Below are positions 1 through 11,036 of a stretch of 64,000 nt of DNA, in pieces; within the stretch, counting starts at the first letter, position 1, and each line of letters begins with the position of its first letter. This stretch comes from Azolla caroliniana (Eukaryota > Plantae > Polypodiophyta). The stretch covers positions 20,460,001 through 20,524,000 of the forward strand of contig JBHGNT010000005.1 in assembly GCA_043228905.1 (NCBI GenBank). Direction: 5' to 3'. Below the pieces are notes generated by a model. The model saw only the letters and a list, made by a program, of their open reading frames with translations. It had not been told where the DNA came from and did not search any database. The position numbers and the translations under genes are program-made.

Positions 1-716
1 AAGAAAGTAGATTCTCCAGAGTCGAGCAAGGCATGAGAATGTATTGAAGTCGAACCAAAACAAAGACTTCCTTGCAAAGAAAACCCCCCTAATGGCAGAA
101 CGGACTTGTAGGAGCATGGAGAATGTGAGGAACGGGAAGCGTCCAACAGCATGGCTCCTATTGCAGCTAGACTTGGTTGTTTTCCTGTTGTCGAGAAACC
201 TCCGCAAGACATACACGATGGAATTGGTGCTGCGGACCCCGCACCAGGCAATGGTGGATGACATGGCCGGGGTTGCCACAATAGAGACAGAGTCCATTGT
301 CCTGACGATGTTGGTGTTGGCTTTTCGTTAGTGGTTGGAATCGAGCATGGTCAATCTCCATCAGGGTATGGAAATCGACCTCCTTCATGGTATGGGTATC
401 ACTGGGTGGTGGTAAGGTTGGTGTAGGAGACAAGTAGGGCTTGGTGATTGATGCATTTCGGGAAGAAGCCTGAGACACGCGAGTACCCCATCTTCTTGAC
501 AAAGTTCGAAGAGACGATTGTCACACTGGATAGTTTGGGAGATTACTTGAGACAACAATTTGGGCTCTGGGAAGTTTAAGAGATGAATCTTGATGTCGTT
601 TCGGAGACCACGACGGAAATGGTCGCATAGGGCTTGGTCATCCCAATTGACATTGCAGACAATTTGACATAGATCGAGGCTGGACACGAGCCTTGTTGGA
701 AAGAATAAAGCTTTAT
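1..716 (-). mobile_element. Degenerate Ty3/gypsy (Tcn1-like chromovirus) gag/protease fragment
   Basis: Frameshifted ORFs give WDDQALCDHFRRGL...QCDNRLFE, MEID and the zinc knuckle CLYCGNPGHVIHHC. Nucleotide similarity to the + strand copy starting at 23418. Confidence 0.8.
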
Positions 717-802
717 GGCTAAACCCTAAACCCATTATATACCTGTATTCGAAAGGGCATCGTCGCCGATTTTGATGAACCCTGGCTACTCCGATTTCCT
801 AA

Positions 803-3800
803 TGTTGAGAATCAAGCTCAACTTGGTCTAGTGTGTGAACTCACCTTAAGAGTGAATAGACACTCCAACAGTCAAGAGTCACCATTATGTCACCACTTTG
901 TATTCTAGCATTTAGTATGAGTCATAGAATCATATTCTATGACACATAACTTATGAGTTTTCACATTCCCCATGCTCCATGAGTCTTGTAGTTAATGAAG
1001 AGAGAGGGTGACTATATAAAGCACCCTCCTCCCACCTTGTATAATGTTGAGTCTTTCTCCTTTGTTAAAATACTCTTACCTTGCGTATTCTCTGTGTTTT
1101 ATTCCTTGTCTCTCTCAATCTCTCTCTCTCTCTCATACACACACATAACTCATATCTCTTCCGCTTCACAAGAATCCATCTCTTGATTCTTTACATGGTA
1201 TCAGAGCGAGGTTGGTACCTCGATCTAGCCCATTCGCCTCATCGTGATCGTGTGTTGTGCTCCACGCCGACGACCAAGAACCGGCTCATCGCTATCGTAG
1301 CTTCGCTACATAGCTCGCATTCGAAGAGAGAAGAAGAAGAAGAAGAATCGACATAATGAATACTCAAATGGGGAGCGCTCTCCCTACCGAAAAGTTGGAT
1401 CAAAACAACTTCGCATCTTGGGAGTACAAGATGCACCAATACCTTGTCGGACAAGGCTATTGGAGATACATCAAAAGAGTGCATGAAGACCGACCCGCCG
1501 AAGCGGCTCCCGGATACGCGACATGGGAGCAAGCCGCAAGTCGTGTGATGTATTTCTTGGCAACATGTGTTCACGATCACATGCTCGGCTACATTTGCGA
1601 ACTCAAGACTCCGAAGGAGGCATGGGAAAATCTACGAAAGATTTTCGCGGCGAACACAACCGCAAGAAGGCTTCACCTCCGCCAAGAGTTGAACAACATT
1701 CAACAAAGGGACATGTCCATCACGACATACACCTCGAAGATCAAGGAGCTTTGCGATTCACTCGGCTCAATAAGCGTAAATATTGATGATGATGAGATGG
1801 TTCAAATATGCCTCGGCGGCCTCGCACCACGGTTCGCCGCGATGCGAACCGCCGTTCTAGCACGGGAGAAATCTCCCTCCTTCGAGCTCCAATCAATGCT
1901 ATTGGTCGAAGAAAACCATGTGCATACAAGGAGCAATGAGTCGGAAGGCCACATGATCTACACGCACTCGAACGGAGGAAGAGTACGAAGACGGCCGAGA
2001 GGCCGATTCAGCCAAGGACAATGTGGACGAGGTTCAACTTACGATAACAACTCCCAATTGCGGCTGTGAAATAGAAGCCAATGAGGAACCTTCGCAAGAA
2101 GGGGGAGCTTCCACTCCGGCCTGAGCCGTCAAAACGCAACCGAATGCGGATACTGCAAGAGGAATAGTGCCGAAAGAAGATGCGGGAATCGGCTTCCACA
2201 AGCCGACAACTCACGAATTACACACACAATTCCGGCTACGAAAAGTGTAGCGGAATGTACGGGCACAACTCCGACTACGAGGATTGTGGCGTAATGCACG
2301 CATACAACTCCGACCGTGGTGGAATGTTCATGATGAAACATAGAGCAAACTCTATGTCGGCCTCTACCTCAACTAGTGCCCTCAATCCGGAGGACGTATG
2401 GTTTGTTGACTCCGGAGCCTCAAACCATATGACATCTCATAAAGAATGGTTTCTTGAACTTCGAGAGCTGGAGCGACCCGGTTATGTTGAAACCGAAGAT
2501 GACACTACGCACCCGATTCGGCACATCGGCAATGTTCCGTTTGGAAAAGAAGGTAAGAAAAATTACATTAAAAATGTCTTGCATGTACCAACCATTACGA
2601 AGAATTTGGTCTCCGTCGACCAAATTGTAGAGCAAGAGATGCAAGTTCGATTTAATCAAGGCGGTTGCTTCATCGAAAAAGAGGGCCGACTCATCGCACG
2701 CAAACAAAGAGAGGGCCGGATGTTCATTCTCGATTCACACGAGATGAAATCCGCCATGTTCGTGAAAAGCACGAAAGCTGACTCCGACATAGAGCTATGG
2801 CACAAGCGAATCCGCCACATCAATCTCAACAAACTCAAAGCAATGAAATCAAAAGGAGTCGTCATCGGACTCCCAACATTCAAAGAGAAGGAGATTGAAG
2901 ATGTATGCGAAGCGTGCCAATTCGGCAAGCAACACCAACACCCATTTCCGAAAGAGCGGAACATGAGCAAACGTCTACTTGACGTAGTCCATTCCGACGT
3001 ATGGGGACCGGCACAAACGGCTACATTCGGCGGATGCCGATATTGCGTGCTCTTCATCGATGACTTCTCCAGGCACACTTGGATCTACCCGATGTGGCAA
3101 AAGAGCGAAGTGTTCAGACACTTCCAAACATTCAAGAATGAAGTTGAGAAAGCCACGGGCCGACATTTACGTTGTCTTCGATCGGATGGCGACAAGGAGT
3201 ACTTCTCGGAAGATTTCACGACGTATCTCCGAAAGGAAGGAATTCGGCGAGAATTCACTTGCCGACACACTAGGCAAACAAAACGGGGTAGCTGAACGCA
3301 AAAATCGGCACATCCTTGAAGTAGCGCGGGCCATGATAAACGAGAAGCATATGCCCAAGTCATATTGGGTCGAAGCTGCAAATACGGCCGTCTACCTAAT
3401 GAACCGGTGCACAACATCCGGCGTGCACGAGGCCACTCCGCATGAAAAATACTTCGGAAAGAAGCCGAACTTATCGCACATCCGGATATTCGGCACGATA
3501 GCGTACGTGCACATCCCCGATGAGAAGCGTCAAAATCTTGACCCGAAGTCGGAGAAATGTATCCTCGTAGGATACTCACTGGAGGAAAAGGGGTACAAGT
3601 TCTACAACCCTTCAACTCGAAAATCTCGAGTAAGTCGAGACGTCGTTTTTGACGAGTCCGCATCCTGGTACGCACCAGAGACAACTCCGACTCCGACTCC
3701 GCTCAACCCAGAATCTGCCGAACAAGAGATACAGGATGAAGATCCCCTTACGCGCATGTTCGAAGAATGTCCGATCACGACCCGACTGAGCGGACCACAA

Positions 3801-6181
3801 GAGCCTTTGAGCGATCAAAGCACATCACAGCCTAGCCCGAAGATGGACAAAGGCAAGTCGAAAATGGCGGAATACGCAGACGATCACTTCGACAACGATG
3901 AGTCGACTCACTCACTCGACAGTGAGTTTGGCGGTTTCAAGGTACCAATCGGCGCTAAGAAAGCCCTGGTCTCTGCAAATGAAAAGCTCCACCGATCCAC
4001 TCGTGAAAAGAACCCCGTAACCCGATTTGGCTACAACGATTATATGGCGTACCATTTTGACTTTATGATGAAGGTAGCAACAGTACGAGAGCCGGAAACC
4101 TTTTCTGAAGCAGCCGGAAACCTTTTCTGAAGCCATGAACGAGGAGATGCAAGCACTACGCAAGAACGAGACGCGGGATCTCGTTCCCACCTCACCACAT
4201 AAAAAGGCAATCGGATGCAGATGGATTTACAAAGTGAAGTACAACGCCGACGGTTCCGTCAATCACTACAAAGCGTGACTCGTAGCGAAAGGCTACGCCC
4301 AAACGCACGGAGTTGACTACGAGGAGACCTTTGCCCTAGTGGCAAAGATGACAATGGTGCGGACCGTAATTGCGCTTGCCGCAGTGAAAGGGTGGCACCT
4401 CCATCAAATGGACGTCAAGAACACCTTTCTACAAGGCGAATTAGAAGAGGAGGTGTACATGATACAACCACCCAGCTTCAACTCGAGCACCCATCCGAAA
4501 CCTGTATGCCGACTCAAGAAGCCCCTCTACGGCCTCAAGCAAGCACTGCATGCTTGACATTCGAAGATAACGCAATATCTTCATCAAATCAGCTTTCGTA
4601 TGTCAAAATCAGACTACTCCCTCTACATACGAAGCGATTCCGCAAGTCCGATCATCATCATCTTGTATGTGGATGACCTGGTCATTGGAGGTGAGCATCT
4701 CGTCGAAATCAATAAGGTCAAATCCCTCCTTTCCGACAAGTTTGAGATGACATACATGAAGGAGCTCCACTACTTCCTTGGCATCGAGGTCATTCGGACT
4801 CCGGCCGGAATCATGATCTCTCAATGGCACTACATCCTCAACTTACTATACAAGTTCGGGATGGCTGAGTGCAAATCCGCGGCAACCCCGCTCGATCGCA
4901 ACCTCAAACTAGATGCAAACTCCGGCACCAAAGCGTGTGAGCTGACCCAGTATCGGCAACTCATCGGGAGTCTCATCTACCTCACAATCACACAACCCGA
5001 TCTCAGTTATCCGGTCGGTCTCCTTAGCCTATTCATGCAAACACCACCTGATACTCACTTGGATTACACTAAGCGAGTTCTACGATACGCGCAGCACAAT
5101 GGATTGCGGCATCTCTACAAGACCGCGATGCCCATACGACTCAAGGGGTACACAAACGTCAATTGGGCCGACTACAAAGCCGATAGAAGATCAACCTCCG
5201 GATTTGTTTTCTCCCTCGGCAGCGGAGCAATATCCTGGAGTAGCAAAAAGCAACCAACCGTCGTTCTCTCGATCACAGACGCGGAATACAGGAGCGCGGC
5301 AATGGCCGCATGTGAAGCCGTATGGCTCAAAAGGATACTCAAGGATCTGGGCGTCCCCATCAAGGATCCAACTTGCCTCTACTGGGACAACATGAGCAGT
5401 ATCTATCTGGCTGGGAACCCGGTGTTCCACGCGCGAACAAAGCATATCGAAGTGCACTATCACTTCATCCGAGAGCGCGTTCTAGCTGGCGATGTCGACC
5501 TACAACACATTAGCACCAATCTTCAAACGGCCAACATCTTCACTAAAGCCTTAGGAGCCGACAAGCTATGGCAATTCATGACCGATCTTGGATTAACGAT
5601 CCCTGACCTGCCAAGCTTGAGGGGGAGTACTGAAGACAGTACGCAATAACGCGTGGATTCCGCAACCGCGCAACGAAGAGCCGATCTACCGCGCAAAGCC
5701 ACGAAGAAAGACGCAAGCCGAAGTACAGACTTCGCAACTACGCACAACGCAAGCTCAAGCACGGATTCCGCAACTACACATAAATGCGAGTCGACGCGAA
5801 TCGACGCGGACTCCGGAACGCGAGTCAAAGCGGATTTCGGATACCGTCTGAAACCGACCCGACTTGAGCTTGAGGGGGCGTGTTGAGAATCAAGCTCAAC
5901 TTGGTCTAGTGTGTGAACTCACCTTGAGATTGAATAGACACTCCAACGGTCAAGAGTCACCATTATGTCACCACTTTGTATTCTAGCATTTAGTATGAGT
6001 CATAGAATCATATTCTATGACACATAACTTATGAGCTTTCACATTCCCCATGCTCCATGATTCTTGTAGTTAATGAAGAGAGAGGGTGACTATATAAAGC
6101 ACCCTCCTCCCACCTTGTATAATGTTGAGTCTTTCTCCTTTGTTAATATCCTCTTACCTTGCGTATTCTCTGTGTTTTATT

Positions 6182-6229
<48 letters not shown>

Positions 6230-6287
6230 CACACACATAACTCATATCTCTTCCGCTTCACAAGAATCCATCTCTTGATTCTTTACA
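803..6287 (+). mobile_element. Full-length Ty1/copia LTR retrotransposon (Copia-A); LTRs 803-1195 and 5881-6287
   Basis: TG...CA direct repeats with about 7 substitutions plus a (CT)n length difference. PBS TGGTATCAGAGC at 1196-1207, PPT at 5872-5880, domain order gag-PR-IN-RT-RH. Flanks CCTAA/ATTAA (imperfect TSD). Confidence 0.97.
1356..5649 (+). pseudogene. Copia-A gag-pol polyprotein, disrupted by several frameshifts and stops
   Basis: Segments: UBN2 gag (1356-2069), WFVDSGASNHMT protease, GAG-pre-integrase and HSDVWGP/SDG/QNGVAERKNR integrase, HQMDVK and YVDDL RT, and DRRSTSG/SWSSKKQ/HARTKHIEVHYHF RNase H. Confidence 0.93.
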
Positions 6288-8194
6288 ATTAAGATAGGAG
6301 AACCATTCCTCATGGTTCGTCATGTGGTTAGAAGCTTCAGAATCCATGTACAACAACTCGTTTGGCTTCGAGGTGCTCATCTCAATCTGGTTGGTTGTGT
6401 GCTTCATCACAAAGGCAAGGCCCATTCCAGCTCGCCCTGAGCCTTCAGTGTATTGCGATCTCTACCGCCTCTTTCCATCAGCATGGCTCAATTCGGTTTT
6501 GTCTAAATCTACTTTCTTCTTCTAGCACTCACTCTCTTTGTGATCCTTCTAGCTACAATACCAATAGTCCATGGCTTTTCCTTATCAGCTCCCGGCACCA
6601 CCCTGGCTCCCCTTGTTTGTGGAGGGTTCACTATTGTCAACATTCCTATTATGCCTTTGATTCTTCTCTTGTCGACCACCTCGAGTGCGAGCACCCTCCT
6701 TGTCCTCCACGAATATGGGGTTGATACACCTATGTGTTCTACATCTTGTTGTGGGTGTGCCTGCTCATTGACATAGCCGTGTGGTTCCTCTACAAGGAGC
6801 TTTGACTGCAAGTCAAAAAATGACGAAGGCTTCTCCCTCCTGCATATAATTGTCTAAATCGGCCCATACTTCTGAGTTAACCCACCAAGATAGATCTACA
6901 CCATCTCGTCTTCATCCACAATCATGTTGATGGACCCGAGTCCATCACATATATCCTTGATCATCATGGTATAGTCAGTTACCGACATTCCTCCTTGCTG
7001 GATGTTGTTGAGCTCTTGTTTGAGCTGCAACTTACAAGTTATTATGTTCGTGTCGAAGACCCTCTTCAGGTCCCCCCAAGCATCCTTCGGTGACTTCGCA
7101 TCCCTGATGTACTTGAGCATCTGGTCATGGACACATGAGGCCAAGCAATACAAGACTTGGCTTGCTGCTTACTTCCGAGCTAGCAAATCTCTGTGTGTCG
7201 AATCCAGTGCTGCATCGTTAGCTACTTTGCCATAGCTCTCCAGTACCCATGTCCAAGCAAGTACTGGTGCATCTTGTATGACCAAGATGCGTAGTTGCTC
7301 CTGTTGAGCTTTTCCGTCGAAAGGGAGCTACCCATTCCTCTGTCCATGTTCTTGTCCGGAAGATGAAGGCTTATCTCTATGTTGGTTCGTTTTGTCGAAT
7401 GTAGACAATCTTGAACCCTAGTGCTCTGATACCATGTACATACAAGTGTGCTCAGTGAGCACTTTTATACAAGCCCTGATAGTGGGCTGACACAAGTATT
7501 GACAAGTATTGACAAGTAATTGAATGCTCTTAAATGAGCATCTAACACTGCCTGCCTAAAATATTCCTATTACTAATAATAGGAATAAAGGTCTCTAACG
7601 GCCTATTGGCTTCTTTAGCCGCTCAGGCATTCGGCTTCTCCAGCCGACTCGGCTTTCAGCTTCCTCAACGAGTCTAGCCTACCAACCTATAGTTGATTCG
7701 GCTTATGTTGAGCTTGTCTCTCAACAAATTTCAATTTACGTTAAAATCTCTCTCTAAAGTGGTGAAATTAGGGATCGACAACAGTTCGGTTTAGGCTTAA
7801 TGGTTTGGCCTTATCCAAGACAAACCGGTTAATCCCAAACCATTTTGGAGTTCTCAAACCAAAGCAAACCGATCCCTAAACTGTTTTGGCCCAAACTAGT
7901 TTGGCCTAAACCGATTTGTAAATTGGTTTGTGATCTGATTTTAGACAAAACTACTTTTGCAAGCTACTATTAGCATATTAAAATGTAGGTTAATTCCTTT
8001 TCAAGTATTTGTTAAATTGTTGAACTTTCCATTCACCCTTAATATTAAGCTTTCCAGCATGAATTGTACGACATAAACCCAAACTCAACAATTTAATCCC
8101 GCTTATATAAGAGCTAGGTTATGATTGTCCTCTTAGTCAGACTCTCTCTCTCTTTCTCTCAGTCTAACCTAATTATATAAATCATAAACAACTG

Positions 8195-11024
8195 TGTTAT
8201 ACGTTTTAGGGTTAGGGTTAAGGATGATAATCATGATAAAGATAGACATGGTGGTCATGATGAGGATGATGAAGAGCATGATGATGAGAGATCGTATAGA
8301 GAAGCATAGAGAAGCATTGCGGGGTGGGGGGTGGTGCCTAGAATGGCTCCACCCCCCTCCCAAGGGGATTCAACGTTGAGGGGGAGAGAGAGAGAGAAAG
8401 AGGGATGACAAGAGAGAGATTAGGAGAGAAATGGTTCATTCTTCATTCATTCCCCATAAGGGGTTAAATAGTACAAGAGGGGGTAGTTACAAAGGGGTGT
8501 AAGCCCCATAGAGCATTCATACTGGACACTCACTCACACCTCATCGTATCCCTCCACATGCACACACGTGTGCATGTGTTCACATACATATCAACTCACA
8601 ATTACATTTATGTTCCCTACACATATACAACATCATCATGATAATATTCGACCCTCGCTCATCACACTTGACTCTCCGTACAACTCGTACGGGGTAACAC
8701 ATATGGCACGCCCGTGGGAAAGTGCGTTGCACGTCGATCCCACATGCCTTGATGATGATATCTCTTCGACCGGAACTTCCATCGGTCCTTTCAACAATCG
8801 ATTCCCTCGATCGGAGCGCTTGACTCGATCATCTCCATCGGTCAGCGACTTTTCCGCGACACGAACATTCTCATTCTGTCGTCTTACGAACTTTGGTATC
8901 CTCTTTCGGGTCCTTAAAAATGTTGTGTGCATGTATGTTATTCTTTGTTGATTTTGTGAGTTGTCATGGTCGATCACGTCCATTTCTTTAGGTGGATGAC
9001 AAAAGGTGTTATAGGTTTTTTACAATTATGTTTGATACCCTCATCTTTCTTTTTCTTCTTTCCTTGTTCTTTCTTCCAGTTCTTCCTTATTCTTCCGTCT
9101 GTGCCTTTCTCTCTCTTCTTTCTTTCTGCATTCGTTTCCCGCTTCTCTACTTGCTTTCGTTTCTCCCTCATTCTTCTTCCTTCTCTTTTCTCGCGTTTTG
9201 CTCCTGGAGCAAATTCTTCTTCCTCTTTTCTCTTCTTCTCCATCTCGTTTTCTGTTGCCTTCTCGGCCACTCATGACCGTTGGTTGTCATCAGTCCTCTG
9301 TCCGTCGTTGTTCTGGTCGATGCCGACTGTGTCCAGCAGTTGTTGTCTGCCGACTATCAGTTGGTTGCTGTCCGACCACCACTCAGTTGTGGACTCCGTC
9401 ACCGTCACCATCACCGTCACCGTCTCTGTCGGTTTCTATCCGTTTGAGTCTGCGTCTCTGTCTCTCTCTGGCGGCAGTTGTATGTCGCTATCCCGTCCAT
9501 TCAGCCGCCTTTGTTTGACGTGTCTCTGTATCCAGCCGTTGCTGTATTCGACTATTCCGGCCGCTTCAGCCATCATTTTGGCTCTGTCTCCATCTCCCGC
9601 TGTCGCCATCTCCGACCGTTGCTGTTTGGCCGTCTCTGTTTTCCGTCGTCCTCCGACACCGTCCGTCTTCCTGGCGGCCTGTCTGCTTCCCCGGCCTTGT
9701 CTGGTCCTCCGGCCGCTCCGGCCGCTCCAGCCACTGTCTGGCTATTCCGACTGGTTTCCGGCCCTTCCGGCAGCTTTTTCTGCCGTCTGGCCCGACGTTT
9801 CATTGTCATTCGGCGTCTCGTCTGCTGTTCGACCTAGGGTTTGCTCATGGCTTTTGGGGTCTCTGGCCCTTTCCGTCTCTGTCCGGCTGTATCTCCGACA
9901 GAAACCGTTTTCATCTCTCGTTGTCTTCGTCTGGCGCCCTGAGCCTTTTGTCCGTCAATGTTGTTGTCGAGTCACCCTCGTTGGTCCTGCTGTCTTTGCA
10001 TGTGTGTGTTTGTTGTGATGTCCCTTTTTCTGGTTGTCGATGTTTGGTCCACGTCTGCATCTTCTTCTCTGTCTTCGATGCCCCTTCGGTGATAACCAAC
10101 TTTGGTTCTTGTTCCGATTCCGGTTCCACTCTCTTTGCATTGTTTCTTCTGGAACCATAGCCCATGCATTCGCAGCACATCCTGCCGGCCTCCGCTCCAC
10201 ACACTGCGTCTTCCACCGCAGTCTTCAGGTGGGCTTCTCTTACCGGTCGTGCTGGCACCGGTTCCCTCTGCGTCGCTGTTTTTCCAGCCGTGCATCTTGC
10301 ACCACGCATTCGAACACGCACATTGTCACTAACCGCATTCGGAAACACGTACATGGACACCAATCGCAACCTTGCACAAACATCGTTTCCATTCATGAAT
10401 TCTTTCATCGCATTGTCATTTCCTGCACTCACACAAATATGTCGCTATGGCCTTCATCACCGCGTATCATTCTTTGACTCCGTTTCCAAAGGGGGGTCGT
10501 CGTAGTGGTCGCCAAAAGGTGTTATACGTTTTAGGGTTAGGGTTAAGGATGATAATCATGATAAAGATAGACATGGTGGTCATGATGAGGATGATGAAGA
10601 GCATGATGATGAGAGATCGTATAGAGAAGCATAGAGAAGCATTGCGGGGTGGGGGGTGGTGCCTAGAATGGCTCCACCCCCCTCCCAAGGGGATTCAACG
10701 TTGAGGGGGAGAGAGAGAGAGAAAGAGGGATGACAAGAGAGAGATTAGGAGAGAAATGGTTCATTCTTCATTCATTCCCCATAAGGGGTTAAATAGTACA
10801 AGAGGGGGTAGTTACAAAGGGGTGTAAGCCCCATAGAGCATTCATACTGGACACTCACTCACACCTCATCGTATCCCTCCACATGCACACACGTGTGCAT
10901 GTGTTCACATACATATCAACTCACAATTACATTTATGTTCCCTACACATATACAACATCATCATGATAATATTCGACCCTCGCTCATCACACTTGACTCT
11001 CCGTACAACTCGTACGGGGTAACA
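8195..11024 (-). mobile_element. Non-autonomous LTR element (TRIM/LARD-like) with identical 505-bp LTRs (8195-8699, 10520-11024)
   Basis: TGTTA...TAACA repeats look identical by eye. Minus-strand PBS-like TGGCGACCAC at 10505-10514. TATTTAA followed by a CT-rich tract on the minus strand gives the orientation. The 1.8-kb interior has no gag/pol motifs and no TSD was found. Confidence 0.85.
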
Positions 11025-11036
11025 CATATAAAATAG

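Larger units (their letters stand above)
734..7726 (-). mobile_element. Older Ty1/copia 5' fragment (5' LTR 7435-7726, PBS 7423-7434, gag-protease) split by the insertion at 803-6287
   Basis: On the minus strand: LTR TGTTGAGAGACAAGCTCAAC...TACA, then TGGTATCAGAGC (tRNA-iMet PBS), and gag MYCLASCVHDQML...LKQELNNIQQ. The protease reads YMDSEASNHMTNHEEWFSYL on one side of the insert and RKSE*PGFIKIGDD on the other. Confidence 0.85.

Noticed and set aside
8966-10018. 350-aa F/S/L/C-rich ORF on the + strand
   Set aside because: Shadow frame of a pyrimidine-rich strand inside the non-autonomous LTR element, with no domain motifs.
10488-10496. AAAGGGGGG as the PPT of a plus-oriented element 8195-11024
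   Set aside because: It lies 23 nt from the LTR, and the TATA and CT-tract asymmetry points to minus orientation. It remains the main alternative to the dual-priming idea.
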